Assembly: GCA_043827025.1 (NCBI GenBank) | Contig: JBDRPL010000010.1 | Span: 5,834 to 69,833, forward strand | DNA: 64,000 bases | From: Candidatus Micrarchaeota archaeon | GTDB taxonomy: Archaea; Micrarchaeota; Micrarchaeia; Anstonellales; Bilamarchaeaceae | Direction: 5' to 3' | Shown here: positions 1 through 8,837 of the stretch, piece by piece | Layout of the letters: the number at the start of each line of letters is the position of its first letter | Numbering within the stretch: the stretch's first letter is position 1 | Translations under genes and position numbers: made by a program | The notes under the pieces: generated by a model | The model's database searches: none | What the model was told of the DNA's origin: nothing | The model's input: the letters and a program-made list of their open reading frames with translations, nothing else

Positions 1-432
1 TTTTTGAACTTTGAATTACATAAAGACATGATCCTTCTTCAGGAAGTTGGATGGAAAAGTCCGTCTATTCAGGAAAACAGGATACGTATTGCAAACTTGC
101 AAGATCCTGGCAATGTGATCCTCACCACAGTTTTCTCAGAATCTCCTCTAGATTACTTAGGTTATCCAGATCCAAACTATTCCCATAAGGCAAATTTTGA
201 TATCTCTGATGACTATGTAGTCCATGTCAGATATAACCAACAGGGCAGTAACCTTGTTTTTTATCATATCCCTTCTGGAAAAACAACTACTGAAGATGGA
301 TTAAGCATAACAAGCAATGGCGGATTCTGGTCGGATTTCAGCAGTGTCAGATTAGACCGTAACAAGGTTTTATTTCTGGAATATGAAGACGATAGCTCAA
401 AACGTGTGATGGCATGCGATTTTAAACTTTGA
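1..432 (+). CDS. Hypothetical protein, C-terminal part (runs off the window's 5' edge); beta-rich
   Basis: Open frame from the window edge to TGA at 430-432, co-oriented with the next gene; no recognisable motif. Confidence 0.55.
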   Translation, partial: FLNFELHKDMILLQEVGWKSPSIQENRIRIANLQDPGNVILTTVFSESPLDYLGYPDPNYSHKANFDISDDYVVHVRYNQQGSNLVFYHIPSGKTTTEDGLSITSNGGFWSDFSSVRLDRNKVLFLEYEDDSSKRVMACDFKL

Positions 433-447
433 TGAAGAGGTTTTACT

Positions 448-948
448 ATGAAGAAAATACTGACTTTGTTGGTCATTTTCCTTTTGTTGGGTTGTGTCCA
501 GCAACAGCAGAATATTGGGAAGAATGAAACTACAAGTTTAGAAAATCAATCAAACATCACCAATTCTAGTGTAACCAATATAGATATCTCAAAATTTAAT
601 GGAAGCATAACTTTTGAAATTGAAGAACTTAATAATAGTTATGGCAATATTAGTCCATTCTTGCACGTGCAAACAAATGAAACGTATCCTTGTTCCAATA
701 ATTATTTTAGTCATCGTATTGAAACAAATGGTTCTACGATTCATGTAGTTTTACTTGACGTGATGCTGGAGAAAGTGTGTATTGAAATAATTACAAACTC
801 GTCTTTCTTTGAACAAATATCTTTAAAAGATGGAAACTATACACTCGAATTCGTTTCAGCAAAAGGAACTGATAGTTATCAATTGATTGTCGATGCAAAT
901 AAAGTAAGTGTTTTACCCATAAAATCCACGTTTTCAAAATTCGAGTGA
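448..948 (+). CDS. Putative secreted lipoprotein
   Basis: MKK + hydrophobic stretch + LLGC lipobox-like motif; N/S/T-rich linker with N-x-S/T sequons. Confidence 0.7.
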   Translation: MKKILTLLVIFLLLGCVQQQQNIGKNETTSLENQSNITNSSVTNIDISKFNGSITFEIEELNNSYGNISPFLHVQTNETYPCSNNYFSHRIETNGSTIHVVLLDVMLEKVCIEIITNSSFFEQISLKDGNYTLEFVSAKGTDSYQLIVDANKVSVLPIKSTFSKFE

Positions 949-1059
949 TACTACAACCTTCGAAAATGGATTAACCTTGCAACGCGCTCGCGTTCAGCCG
1001 CTCGAGTGTCTTTTTAAGCTTTTCTTGCGAATAGTGACTAGGTTTGTTATTTATATCTG

Positions 1060-2730
1060 GTGACTCTAATGCCAAAAGATGACGTTAAGAAGAAAATAAA
1101 GCAGAATCTGGAATACGAAGACGAATCAAAGTCTTCTGAGGAAGAAACCGAATCCGGACAACCTACAGAAGAGACTGAGTTGATGGAACAAAAAGAACCT
1201 AAAGTTCCAGATGGTGAAGAACCAGAAGAGCCTGAGAAAAGAGAGCCCCAGGGTCCGTCAATACTTGCATCCTATTCATTCCAGAGTGAAGGCCTTCCCG
1301 TAGAGGTGAAGATCATCAAGAGGGATGATTTTGTTCCTTATTATGAAATAACAATTCCTGGCATTGATGAGTGGACAAAGAAGATGCTTGAGAAAAGCCT
1401 TAAGGCAGAGCTTGTGGCACAGGTCAATCTGGACATAAGTGAAATGCTTGATCCAAAGAGATTCAACGAGGTCAAGCAAAAGTTCCTTGCAACTGCCAGA
1501 GGCATATTGAAGCGCGAGTTCTCCTCTTTATCAGAAGCCAACATCGGAATACTTTCGGTTTATCTTCTTCAGAATACTATTGGTCTGGGGGAACTTGAAA
1601 ATCTCAGGGCTGATGAAGATCTGGAAGAAATTGTCATAAACAATTCAAAGGAAAACGTTTGGGTATATCACAAGAAATTCGGCTGGTGCAAAACCAATCT
1701 CAGGGTCAAGGACGAGATGATGACTTATGATTATGCATCTACAATAGCAAGGAAAATCGGAAGGCAGATAAATGTCCTGAATCCTATGCTTGATGCACAC
1801 CTTCCGAACGGAGACCGTGTCAATGCTACATTGTTTCCAATATCAAATACTGGAAATACAATAACAATAAGGAAGTTCGCAAAGAACCCTTGGACAATAA
1901 CCACTTTCATAAAATCAAAAACCATCTCTTCTGAAGTTTCAGCATTGATCTGGCTTTGCATGCAGAACGAGCTTTCATTGCTTGTGAGCGGAGGGACAGG
2001 AAGCGGAAAGACTTCTTTCCTAAATGCAATGGCAGGGCTTGTTCCTGCAAATCAGCGTATTATCAGCATAGAGGATACAAGAGAGCTTACATTACCATCT
2101 TTCCTTCAATGGATACCTATGGTTACAAGGGAACCTAATCCTGAAGGAAAGGGTGAAGTCACAATGCTTGATCTCATGGTCAATGCACTGAGGCAGAGGC
2201 CGGATAGGATATTTGTAGGGGAAGTTAGAAGGCAAAGGGAAGCCGAAATCTTGTTCGAAGCAATGCATACTGGCCATTCAGTGTATGCGACTTTGCATGC
2301 AGACAATTCCGAACAGACAATCTCCCGTCTCGTTAACCCGCCAATAAATATTCCAGAAGGGATGCTTGATGCTCTTGCAGGAATCGTTGTCCAATTCAGG
2401 CACAGGCGATTCAACATAAGAAGGACACTCGAATTCACAGAAGTTCTAAAGGATGGCAAGCTCAACAATCTATATAGGTGGGATGTAAAGACTGATAAGC
2501 TTAGGGGTACATCCAAGTTAATGCGGCTTACAGAACTGCTTTCCCTTTATGCAGGTATGACTGACAAGGAAATTATTTCTGACGTAGAGGAGAAGAAGAA
2601 AGTGCTGGATTGGATGGTTAAGAATGAATATGAGAATGTGGACCAAGTGGGGAGGGTAGTTTCCTATTACTATATGGATCCGGATGAAGTCATGGCACAT
2701 GTCAAGAAAGACAAGCCGTGGAGTTTTTGA
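1060..2730 (+). CDS. Type IV pilus/secretion ATPase (VirB11/CpaF/FlaI-like) with acidic N-terminal extension
   Basis: Walker A SGGTGSGKT, IEDTREL, ALRQRPDRIFVGEVR, His-box MHTGH..TLHA. Confidence 0.92.
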   Translation: MTLMPKDDVKKKIKQNLEYEDESKSSEEETESGQPTEETELMEQKEPKVPDGEEPEEPEKREPQGPSILASYSFQSEGLPVEVKIIKRDDFVPYYEITIPGIDEWTKKMLEKSLKAELVAQVNLDISEMLDPKRFNEVKQKFLATARGILKREFSSLSEANIGILSVYLLQNTIGLGELENLRADEDLEEIVINNSKENVWVYHKKFGWCKTNLRVKDEMMTYDYASTIARKIGRQINVLNPMLDAHLPNGDRVNATLFPISNTGNTITIRKFAKNPWTITTFIKSKTISSEVSALIWLCMQNELSLLVSGGTGSGKTSFLNAMAGLVPANQRIISIEDTRELTLPSFLQWIPMVTREPNPEGKGEVTMLDLMVNALRQRPDRIFVGEVRRQREAEILFEAMHTGHSVYATLHADNSEQTISRLVNPPINIPEGMLDALAGIVVQFRHRRFNIRRTLEFTEVLKDGKLNNLYRWDVKTDKLRGTSKLMRLTELLSLYAGMTDKEIISDVEEKKKVLDWMVKNEYENVDQVGRVVSYYYMDPDEVMAHVKKDKPWSF

Positions 2731-2735
2731 GTATT

Positions 2736-4355
2736 ATGGATTTTGAATCAGCATCGGCATATGCCAGGAAAATAGAAAAAAGCGCTTTACCGTCAGTGCA
2801 GTATGAAGGTGAAGTTGAGTTTTCCCTGACAGTCGACCTATCTCCAAAGGAAATAGAGGATTTTGTATATCAAGATTTGTTGAATCTTTATCAGAAATTG
2901 GGCAAGATAAATAAGACTTCAAAACTTTTCAGTGGACAGGTCTCAGTTGCCAAGTCCTCGGCAAGATCAGCAGAAGTCGAATCCAAAATGAAATCCATAA
3001 CAGAAAATGCCCTCAAGAATGTAGATGCATTGAGGAATGTCAAGGCTCCTGAAGAGGTTCCGGTGGAAGTGAAGAAAGGGCCTGAGGACTTTACTATTGA
3101 TTTCGAGAAATTCGAACATCCCTCTGAAAAGGCGCCTAAGGAAACTAAGTTCGAATCCGAGTTTGATTTTGAAATAGCACCTAGAGAAAAGGAAGTAGGT
3201 GTCAGGCCAATCCGGGGCCAAGAGACTCCTGAAGAAAAAGAGGGTTTTGAAATTGAGCCTGATGAAAAGGAGAAAAAAGAAGAAGTTGATATCGTTGACC
3301 TAGAGCCTGAGAAAATAGAGGAAAAATTAGAGGAACAGGTTGGAAAGGCTGAGCGAAAAGAGGTGCAGAAGAGGCAGATTCCTTCGATACTGAGGTCTGC
3401 TGATGAAGCAGCTACAAAGAAATATGATGAGATGCAGGAGCAGCTCCACACCCAGATGGATTCAGGGATGAGTGTCACTGATATCCAGAAGAAGATGCTT
3501 GATCTCACAAAGGAACTTTTCAAGGAAAAAAACACTTCGAAAAGGGAGAAGATAAAGTTGCAGATTACTGTTCTGAAGAATATGCTTAGCGGAACTGCTG
3601 GCGAGGCAGGAGTCACTGGTGCAGGCAGGAAGGCCGCGGCAAAAACTCCGTCCGTAGATTATTCAGCTAAGATGTATGATGCCCTTATTTCAACTCAGAA
3701 TGCAGAACTTTCGAATGCCAAGGACTCGCTTGTAACTCAATATTCTAACAAACTGAATTCATTGAAAACAGAATTTTATAATGCCGTTTCAAGCGTTGAT
3801 TATTCCGATGTGCCTACAAGGAAGAAGGCATATGGCCATTTGCTGGACTTTTTTACCTCGCTTGTGAAATCGCTTCCATCTGAGATTTCCAAGAGGAAGG
3901 ATTTCCTTGTGACTAAGCACAAGAACGAATGGGACAGGCTTGCCAGCTCTCCGGAATTGAAAAAGAAGAAGGCAGTCGGCTCGAAAATAGATGATGTGTC
4001 GTCTTCTCTAAATACTCGATATTCAAAGGAATTCAATTCAGCGAAAGAGATTGTTGTCAGGCAGGTGGAGGTCGCCATAGAATCGGCTTCCCGTGAAGTT
4101 TCTAAAGAAGTGGCTTCGGTTTCAGCGTCCAAGAAGCCTGATCCGACCCAAGTCATCTTTGATATAAACAATACTGATGAAGGAACGTTGCTTTATCACC
4201 TTCATTCAAATGAGCCTGAATATTATAAGAAATACGAGCGCAATCATGTTTCAAAGTATGAGGCATTGGCCTATGCCAAAAGCCTCATTGCCAAGGAAAA
4301 AGGTTTAAGCAAAGACATTATCAATAAATATTTTGGAAAATCGGGTGAAAAATGA
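2736..4355 (+). CDS. Hypothetical charged, helical/coiled-coil protein within the pilus operon
   Basis: ~540-aa ORF with a Glu-rich linker and no TM segment; tightly coupled to its neighbours. Confidence 0.7.
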   Translation: MDFESASAYARKIEKSALPSVQYEGEVEFSLTVDLSPKEIEDFVYQDLLNLYQKLGKINKTSKLFSGQVSVAKSSARSAEVESKMKSITENALKNVDALRNVKAPEEVPVEVKKGPEDFTIDFEKFEHPSEKAPKETKFESEFDFEIAPREKEVGVRPIRGQETPEEKEGFEIEPDEKEKKEEVDIVDLEPEKIEEKLEEQVGKAERKEVQKRQIPSILRSADEAATKKYDEMQEQLHTQMDSGMSVTDIQKKMLDLTKELFKEKNTSKREKIKLQITVLKNMLSGTAGEAGVTGAGRKAAAKTPSVDYSAKMYDALISTQNAELSNAKDSLVTQYSNKLNSLKTEFYNAVSSVDYSDVPTRKKAYGHLLDFFTSLVKSLPSEISKRKDFLVTKHKNEWDRLASSPELKKKKAVGSKIDDVSSSLNTRYSKEFNSAKEIVVRQVEVAIESASREVSKEVASVSASKKPDPTQVIFDINNTDEGTLLYHLHSNEPEYYKKYERNHVSKYEALAYAKSLIAKEKGLSKDIINKYFGKSGEK

Positions 4356-5227
4356 TGACAAAGAAAGAAAGCGCATCAAATACTTTTGGCGACAAGATAT
4401 TAAAGTATTTTCCTGAAATGAAGGAAAAACTCATGCTTGCAGATATGAAGGTGGCTCCTGAGCAGTTTTTGAGTAAGGCAGCCAACTCGGCGCTTATGTT
4501 TTCCCTTACTCTTTTAGTACTCAGTGCTTTCCTGCTTGTTCAGATAGGTGTAATTCAGCTTGACAACTTTGATCTCCTTTTCACCTTTGTGGTGCTGTCT
4601 TTCCTCTTCCTAATCTATCTGTTTTTCTTCTTCTTTTACTTCAAAATGTATCCTGAGGCAAAGCTTGCAAGAAGGAGAAGGCAGCTTGACTATGAGATTG
4701 TCTTTGGTGGAAGGCATCTTGTCATTGCGCTGAAGTCTGGCATGCCTCTTTTCGATGCAATGGTTGGAGTTTCACAGGGCTATGGGGCTGCTAGCGAGGA
4801 ATTCTCCAAAATAGTGCAGAAGATTTCAGCTGGCACTCCTATGACCCAGGCAATCCGCGAGGTTGCCCAAATAAATCCTTCAAATTATTGTGTCAGGGTT
4901 TTCATGCAGATTTCCAATTCGCTTTCGTCAGGTGCTGATTTAGGCAATTCGCTTGATTCTGTGCTTGACCAGATATCCAAAGAGCAGCTCATACAGCTCA
5001 GGGAATACGGCCAGAAGCTTACGCCGATGGTCATGTTCTTCATGGTTTTCGGAATAATCCTTCCGTCCATCGGAGTTGTGCTTGCGACTGTATTGTTTTC
5101 TGTAATAAGCGGAGGAAACATAGGTCTTCCTTCGAGTATATTGCTTTACATATTTGCATTCATTGCAGTGGTTCAGTTCCTGTTCCTCGGAGTCATCGAG
5201 AGTTCAAGGCCAAAATATCTTTTGTAG
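4352..5227 (+). CDS. Type II secretion F / TadC-like membrane platform protein
   Basis: ALKSGMPLFDAM, SGADLGNSLDSV, multiple TM helices; follows the ATPase. Confidence 0.88.
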   Translation: MMTKKESASNTFGDKILKYFPEMKEKLMLADMKVAPEQFLSKAANSALMFSLTLLVLSAFLLVQIGVIQLDNFDLLFTFVVLSFLFLIYLFFFFFYFKMYPEAKLARRRRQLDYEIVFGGRHLVIALKSGMPLFDAMVGVSQGYGAASEEFSKIVQKISAGTPMTQAIREVAQINPSNYCVRVFMQISNSLSSGADLGNSLDSVLDQISKEQLIQLREYGQKLTPMVMFFMVFGIILPSIGVVLATVLFSVISGGNIGLPSSILLYIFAFIAVVQFLFLGVIESSRPKYLL

Positions 5228-5236
5228 GTGAAATTG

Positions 5237-6301
5237 ATGGCAACAAAACAAAGTTTTTTTGATATGATTGGTCGGTTGTTCTTCAGCAGGAATCAGATCA
5301 AGTCATTTACGGAGAAAGTGTCCTGTGCAGGAGTTAATATGGAAGCTGAGTCGTTTATTGGCTATCTTGTATTGCTGATTGTATTGACATCATTCATAGT
5401 TGCTGCATTGATAGTAAATGATTCGTTTATCTACAGTTCGATAGTTTCCATATTGAATTCGTTTTTTATCATGCCGGAAATCCTGGTATGGATAGTCATC
5501 TACATAATTTCGCTTATTGTGAGCTATGGCGTCATTTTCCTTCTTGTCTATTCGCTTCTTTCGCTCAAGGCTGAAGACCGAAGAAACAAGGTGGAACAGG
5601 CTCTTCCTGATTTCCTTTTGATGGTTTCTGCAAATATGAAGGCAGGCATGACTCTTGATAGGGCAATGTGGTATGCTGCAAAGCCAGAATTTGGAACATT
5701 GTCCAATGAAGTCAAAACTATAATTAAAGGCTCTTTCAGCGGTATGTCTCTTGAGCAGTCTCTTGACACACTGTCAACGCGTTTTGATTCAAGCACCTTC
5801 TCAAGGACAGTTTCTCTTATAAAACAAGCATCTTCTTCAGGAGGTGAGATTTCTGAAGTGCTTGAACGCACGGCGGGCAATGTCAGGGATACGATGATAA
5901 TGAAGAAAGAAGTGTCAGCATCCCTTGTGATGTATCAGATCTTCCTATTCTTTTCTGCCATTGTTGGAGCGCCTTTCCTTTTTGCAGTTGGCAATAAGCT
6001 TGTGCAGATATTCGAGAAGCAGTTTGCCATGAGTATGGCTGTTCCGACTTCATCTATATCTACAGGTTTCACGACGTTGCCTTCTTTTTCAAAATTGCTT
6101 ATAACTTCAACCGAGTTCTTCTATTTTACCATTGCCACAATATTCGTGACAGTGCTGTTCTCGGCTTTGATTGTTGGGGTGATAAAGACAGGTTCAAGAT
6201 CCCAGGGCATAAAATACGTGCCTTTCATGCTTATTGGAGCATATTTAATATATTGGCTTGTTGATATGGTGCTGACAACAATATTCATGTCGATAGGATG
6301 A
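5237..6301 (+). CDS. Second TadB/TadC-like membrane platform protein
   Basis: EQALPDFLLMVSANMKAGMTLDRA, KPEFGTLS, SGGEISEVL; TM helices. Confidence 0.88.
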   Translation: MATKQSFFDMIGRLFFSRNQIKSFTEKVSCAGVNMEAESFIGYLVLLIVLTSFIVAALIVNDSFIYSSIVSILNSFFIMPEILVWIVIYIISLIVSYGVIFLLVYSLLSLKAEDRRNKVEQALPDFLLMVSANMKAGMTLDRAMWYAAKPEFGTLSNEVKTIIKGSFSGMSLEQSLDTLSTRFDSSTFSRTVSLIKQASSSGGEISEVLERTAGNVRDTMIMKKEVSASLVMYQIFLFFSAIVGAPFLFAVGNKLVQIFEKQFAMSMAVPTSSISTGFTTLPSFSKLLITSTEFFYFTIATIFVTVLFSALIVGVIKTGSRSQGIKYVPFMLIGAYLIYWLVDMVLTTIFMSIG

Positions 6302-6332
6302 TTGTTTTAATAAACTCTGAGGTGAGGTTGAG

Positions 6333-6890
6333 ATGTTTGAAAAGAAAAAGGGCCTGAAAGGTCAGGCAATGATGGAATATCTGATGACATACGGATTCGC
6401 GATATTCGTTATAGTCATAGTTCTGGCAATACTGTTCTTTTATCTTGGACAGATAAACACTCCGGAAACATGCGCTTTTGACAAGGCTGATTTTAATTGC
6501 CAGTCCCCCCCGCCTGTTTTGGTTGCATCTGCAGGCAGTAATACTGTGAGCATGATTGTCAAGATAGAAAACAATGATAAAAACCCAATTGTCATAGAGG
6601 GTGTCCTATGCACTACTGCTGCAAAAGGAGAGATTGACAAGGCATGGTCAACTGATGTCAGTCCAGCCACTGGCGGTATAACCATAGGTTCAGGAACAAG
6701 TACTCCGATAGATGGCACATGGCCATCAATTGCATGTAAAGGCAAGGATGGAATAACTCCTCTTACTTTGAACCCTAACTCGGAATTCAAGGGTAATTTG
6801 GTTATCTGGTACCACTATACTGAAAGGTTGCCTGGTGAACCATTAAGGAAAGCAAATGCAGTTGTGACTGGAAAGGTTTTACAGTCCTAG
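6333..6890 (+). CDS. Class III signal peptide protein (archaeal type IV pilin-like)
   Basis: KKKGLKG/QAMMEYLMTYG followed by a hydrophobic helix; GAGGTGA SD-like motif upstream. Confidence 0.85.
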   Translation: MFEKKKGLKGQAMMEYLMTYGFAIFVIVIVLAILFFYLGQINTPETCAFDKADFNCQSPPPVLVASAGSNTVSMIVKIENNDKNPIVIEGVLCTTAAKGEIDKAWSTDVSPATGGITIGSGTSTPIDGTWPSIACKGKDGITPLTLNPNSEFKGNLVIWYHYTERLPGEPLRKANAVVTGKVLQS

Positions 6891-6934
6891 TTTTTTTCTT
6901 ATTTTTCTATTTTATCTCGTTCTAAGGTGTTGTC

Positions 6935-7351
6935 TTGGCAAAGAAAACATTCGTGATTGATTTGATGAACTGGGTCCATACCCCGCTGCTTGCAGCGAAA
7001 TCCAGTTCATCAAAGCTGTGACCGAATGGGGCATACCCTATCAGCTTGCTGTGGGGTCCCTTCGGTCACATTGATTGAAGCAAGTTCTCCAATTATGAAG
7101 AGTTCTGTTCAGAATTCAATAGGACATTCCTTTCTGAAGATGTTCGGAAGACCATGCATTTTACTGGAAAAAGCCCGGATGCATTCAATGATTATCTCAG
7201 GGGTGGTTTTGGGACATTCGAACTCAATGACAAAATTTCGATTGTCTGGAAGCATTCGAAGAAGTCTGAGAATGAAATCGGCAAAATCTTGTTTGCAAAG
7301 TTGATTGGGGTTATAAGACTGCATGAGAATATTGAGCTTGTTCTGAAATGA
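6935..7351 (+). pseudogene. Barstar-family (ribonuclease inhibitor-like) gene interrupted by a 114-bp insert
   Basis: TTG-AKKTFVID before the insert; same frame afterwards reads SKFSNYEEF...SPDAFNDYLRGGFG...IVWKHS...IRLHENIELVLK; stop inside the insert and TGA at 7076. Confidence 0.65.
6956..7076. mobile_element. Small palindromic non-autonomous element (MITE/REP-like) bounded by ATTGATT direct repeats
   Basis: ATTGATT at 6956-6962 and 7070-7076; hairpin TTTGATGAACTGG..CCAGTTCATCAAA (6961-7014); hairpin TGTGACCGAA..TTCGGTCACA (7017-7070). Confidence 0.55.
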
Positions 7352-7381
7352 TTTAATAACCTGTGCTGTCAATCCTTTCCT

Positions 7382-7576
7382 ATGGTCAAACAAACTGTAT
7401 GCCCGAAATGTAAAGGAAAATTAGTCAAGGGACTCATCACTGAATCACAGTCTTTTCCATTGCAAAGATGGGTGGAAAAGATGCCTATTCTTGGGCTTCT
7501 TTCGCTCAAGGATACAAAATTAATAACTGCTTACCGATGCAAGAATTGCGGTTTTATCGAGCAATATGCGCAGTGA
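7382..7576 (+). CDS. Small zinc-ribbon protein
   Basis: CPKC ... AYRCKNCGFIEQYA. Confidence 0.7.
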   Translation: MVKQTVCPKCKGKLVKGLITESQSFPLQRWVEKMPILGLLSLKDTKLITAYRCKNCGFIEQYAQ

Positions 7577-7594
7577 TCTTGCCTGTTTATTCTT

Positions 7595-8776
7595 TCAGCT
7601 CCCGTACTTCTTAGCCTTTTCAATCAGATTCAGAATCAGTGGCATCACATTTCTGCCTTTCATATGGCCCAATCCACCTTTCATGCACGAAATCTCATCA
7701 AACTTCTTCACATCATCTATTCTCTCGTCCTTTCCGTAAATAATGATGGGAACTTCATGGCCTGAGTGTGTCTTTCTTGAGCATGGCGTTGAGTGATCGC
7801 TAGTTATAACAAGATACGCGCCGGATTTTGCTAAAATTGGAACCAATTCCTTGTCAATCCTTTCAATCATTTTTGTCTTTCCTTTGAAATCTCCATCATG
7901 GCCGAATGAATCGCAGGCTTTTACATGCAAGAATATGAAATCATATTTCTTCAATGCATGAATTGCAGCTTCGCCCTTTGCCTTTAGATTGGTGTTAGCA
8001 GTTCCTGTTGCGCCCTTGACTTCAATGATATCCATGCCAGCAAGTTTTGCACATCCTTTGTAAAGCGCTCCGCCAGAGATGCAGGCGGACAACATTCCGT
8101 ATTGCGCCCTTAAGCTTGGCACTTCTTTGAGAAAACCGCCGCTTCGGGCAAGAATCACATTTGCAGGCATTTTCCTTTTCTTGTTGAGGTGGTCTTTTGA
8201 CAGCCTTTTATGCACTTCTTTTGTAAATTCATTCAATATCCTTGCGGTCTTTTCACCGCGATTATCAAATGCAACACAGATTGGTTCCATGTTGGTCCTG
8301 TCAGTTCCAGTGACCTTGTTGCTAAGGCCATGCCCTCGTAAGATAAGAGCGCCACGATGCTCTACTGATGATTTGAAGATTATTTCAACATCTTCCATCT
8401 TCATATTGACAAGTTTCTCAAGCTTTTTTGCATCTTCAGTTGCAATTCTGCCTGCCCTTCTGTCGATTATTTTCCCGTCTTTCATTGTTGCAAAATTAGC
8501 CCTAAATACCAAATCAGTTTTTTCAAGTTTCATGCCAATGCCAAGCGCCTCAAGCGGCCCTCTTCCAGAATAGCAAATAAGGGGGTCATAACCAAATATG
8601 TTCAAATGAGACGTATCGCTTCCAGGAACAACTCCTCTGTCAAAGGAAGACATCAGTCCTGTTATGCCTTTTTCAGCAAGCCTGTCAAGATTAGGCTTTT
8701 TAGCAGCTTGCAATGGGGTTTGAGGCGTTGGTAAATCTCCAAGCCCGTCAATTATAAGAAGTATAGCGTTTTTCAT
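7595..8776 (-). CDS. apgM: 2,3-BPG-independent phosphoglycerate mutase, archaeal type
   Basis: IIDGLGD, PGSDTSH, GRGPLEALG, FRANFAT, HVKACDSFGHDG, TSDHSTP; start taken at MKNAILL. Confidence 0.92.
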   Translation of the reverse strand: MKNAILLIIDGLGDLPTPQTPLQAAKKPNLDRLAEKGITGLMSSFDRGVVPGSDTSHLNIFGYDPLICYSGRGPLEALGIGMKLEKTDLVFRANFATMKDGKIIDRRAGRIATEDAKKLEKLVNMKMEDVEIIFKSSVEHRGALILRGHGLSNKVTGTDRTNMEPICVAFDNRGEKTARILNEFTKEVHKRLSKDHLNKKRKMPANVILARSGGFLKEVPSLRAQYGMLSACISGGALYKGCAKLAGMDIIEVKGATGTANTNLKAKGEAAIHALKKYDFIFLHVKACDSFGHDGDFKGKTKMIERIDKELVPILAKSGAYLVITSDHSTPCSRKTHSGHEVPIIIYGKDERIDDVKKFDEISCMKGGLGHMKGRNVMPLILNLIEKAKKYGS

Positions 8777-8837
8777 GAAACTATTGATTAGTTTAGGTTT
8801 ATATTCTTTTTTGTCTATATCATTATTCCTTATTATA

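Noticed and set aside
7076-7078. TGA recoding (Gly/Sec) suggested by the stop in the barstar-like gene
   Set aside because: Many clear genes here end in TGA; a single mutation in a pseudogene is simpler
7109-7393. 94-aa minus-strand ORF (and the 6990-7304 plus-strand ORF)
   Set aside because: Shadows of the barstar-like frame, which carries the recognisable motif
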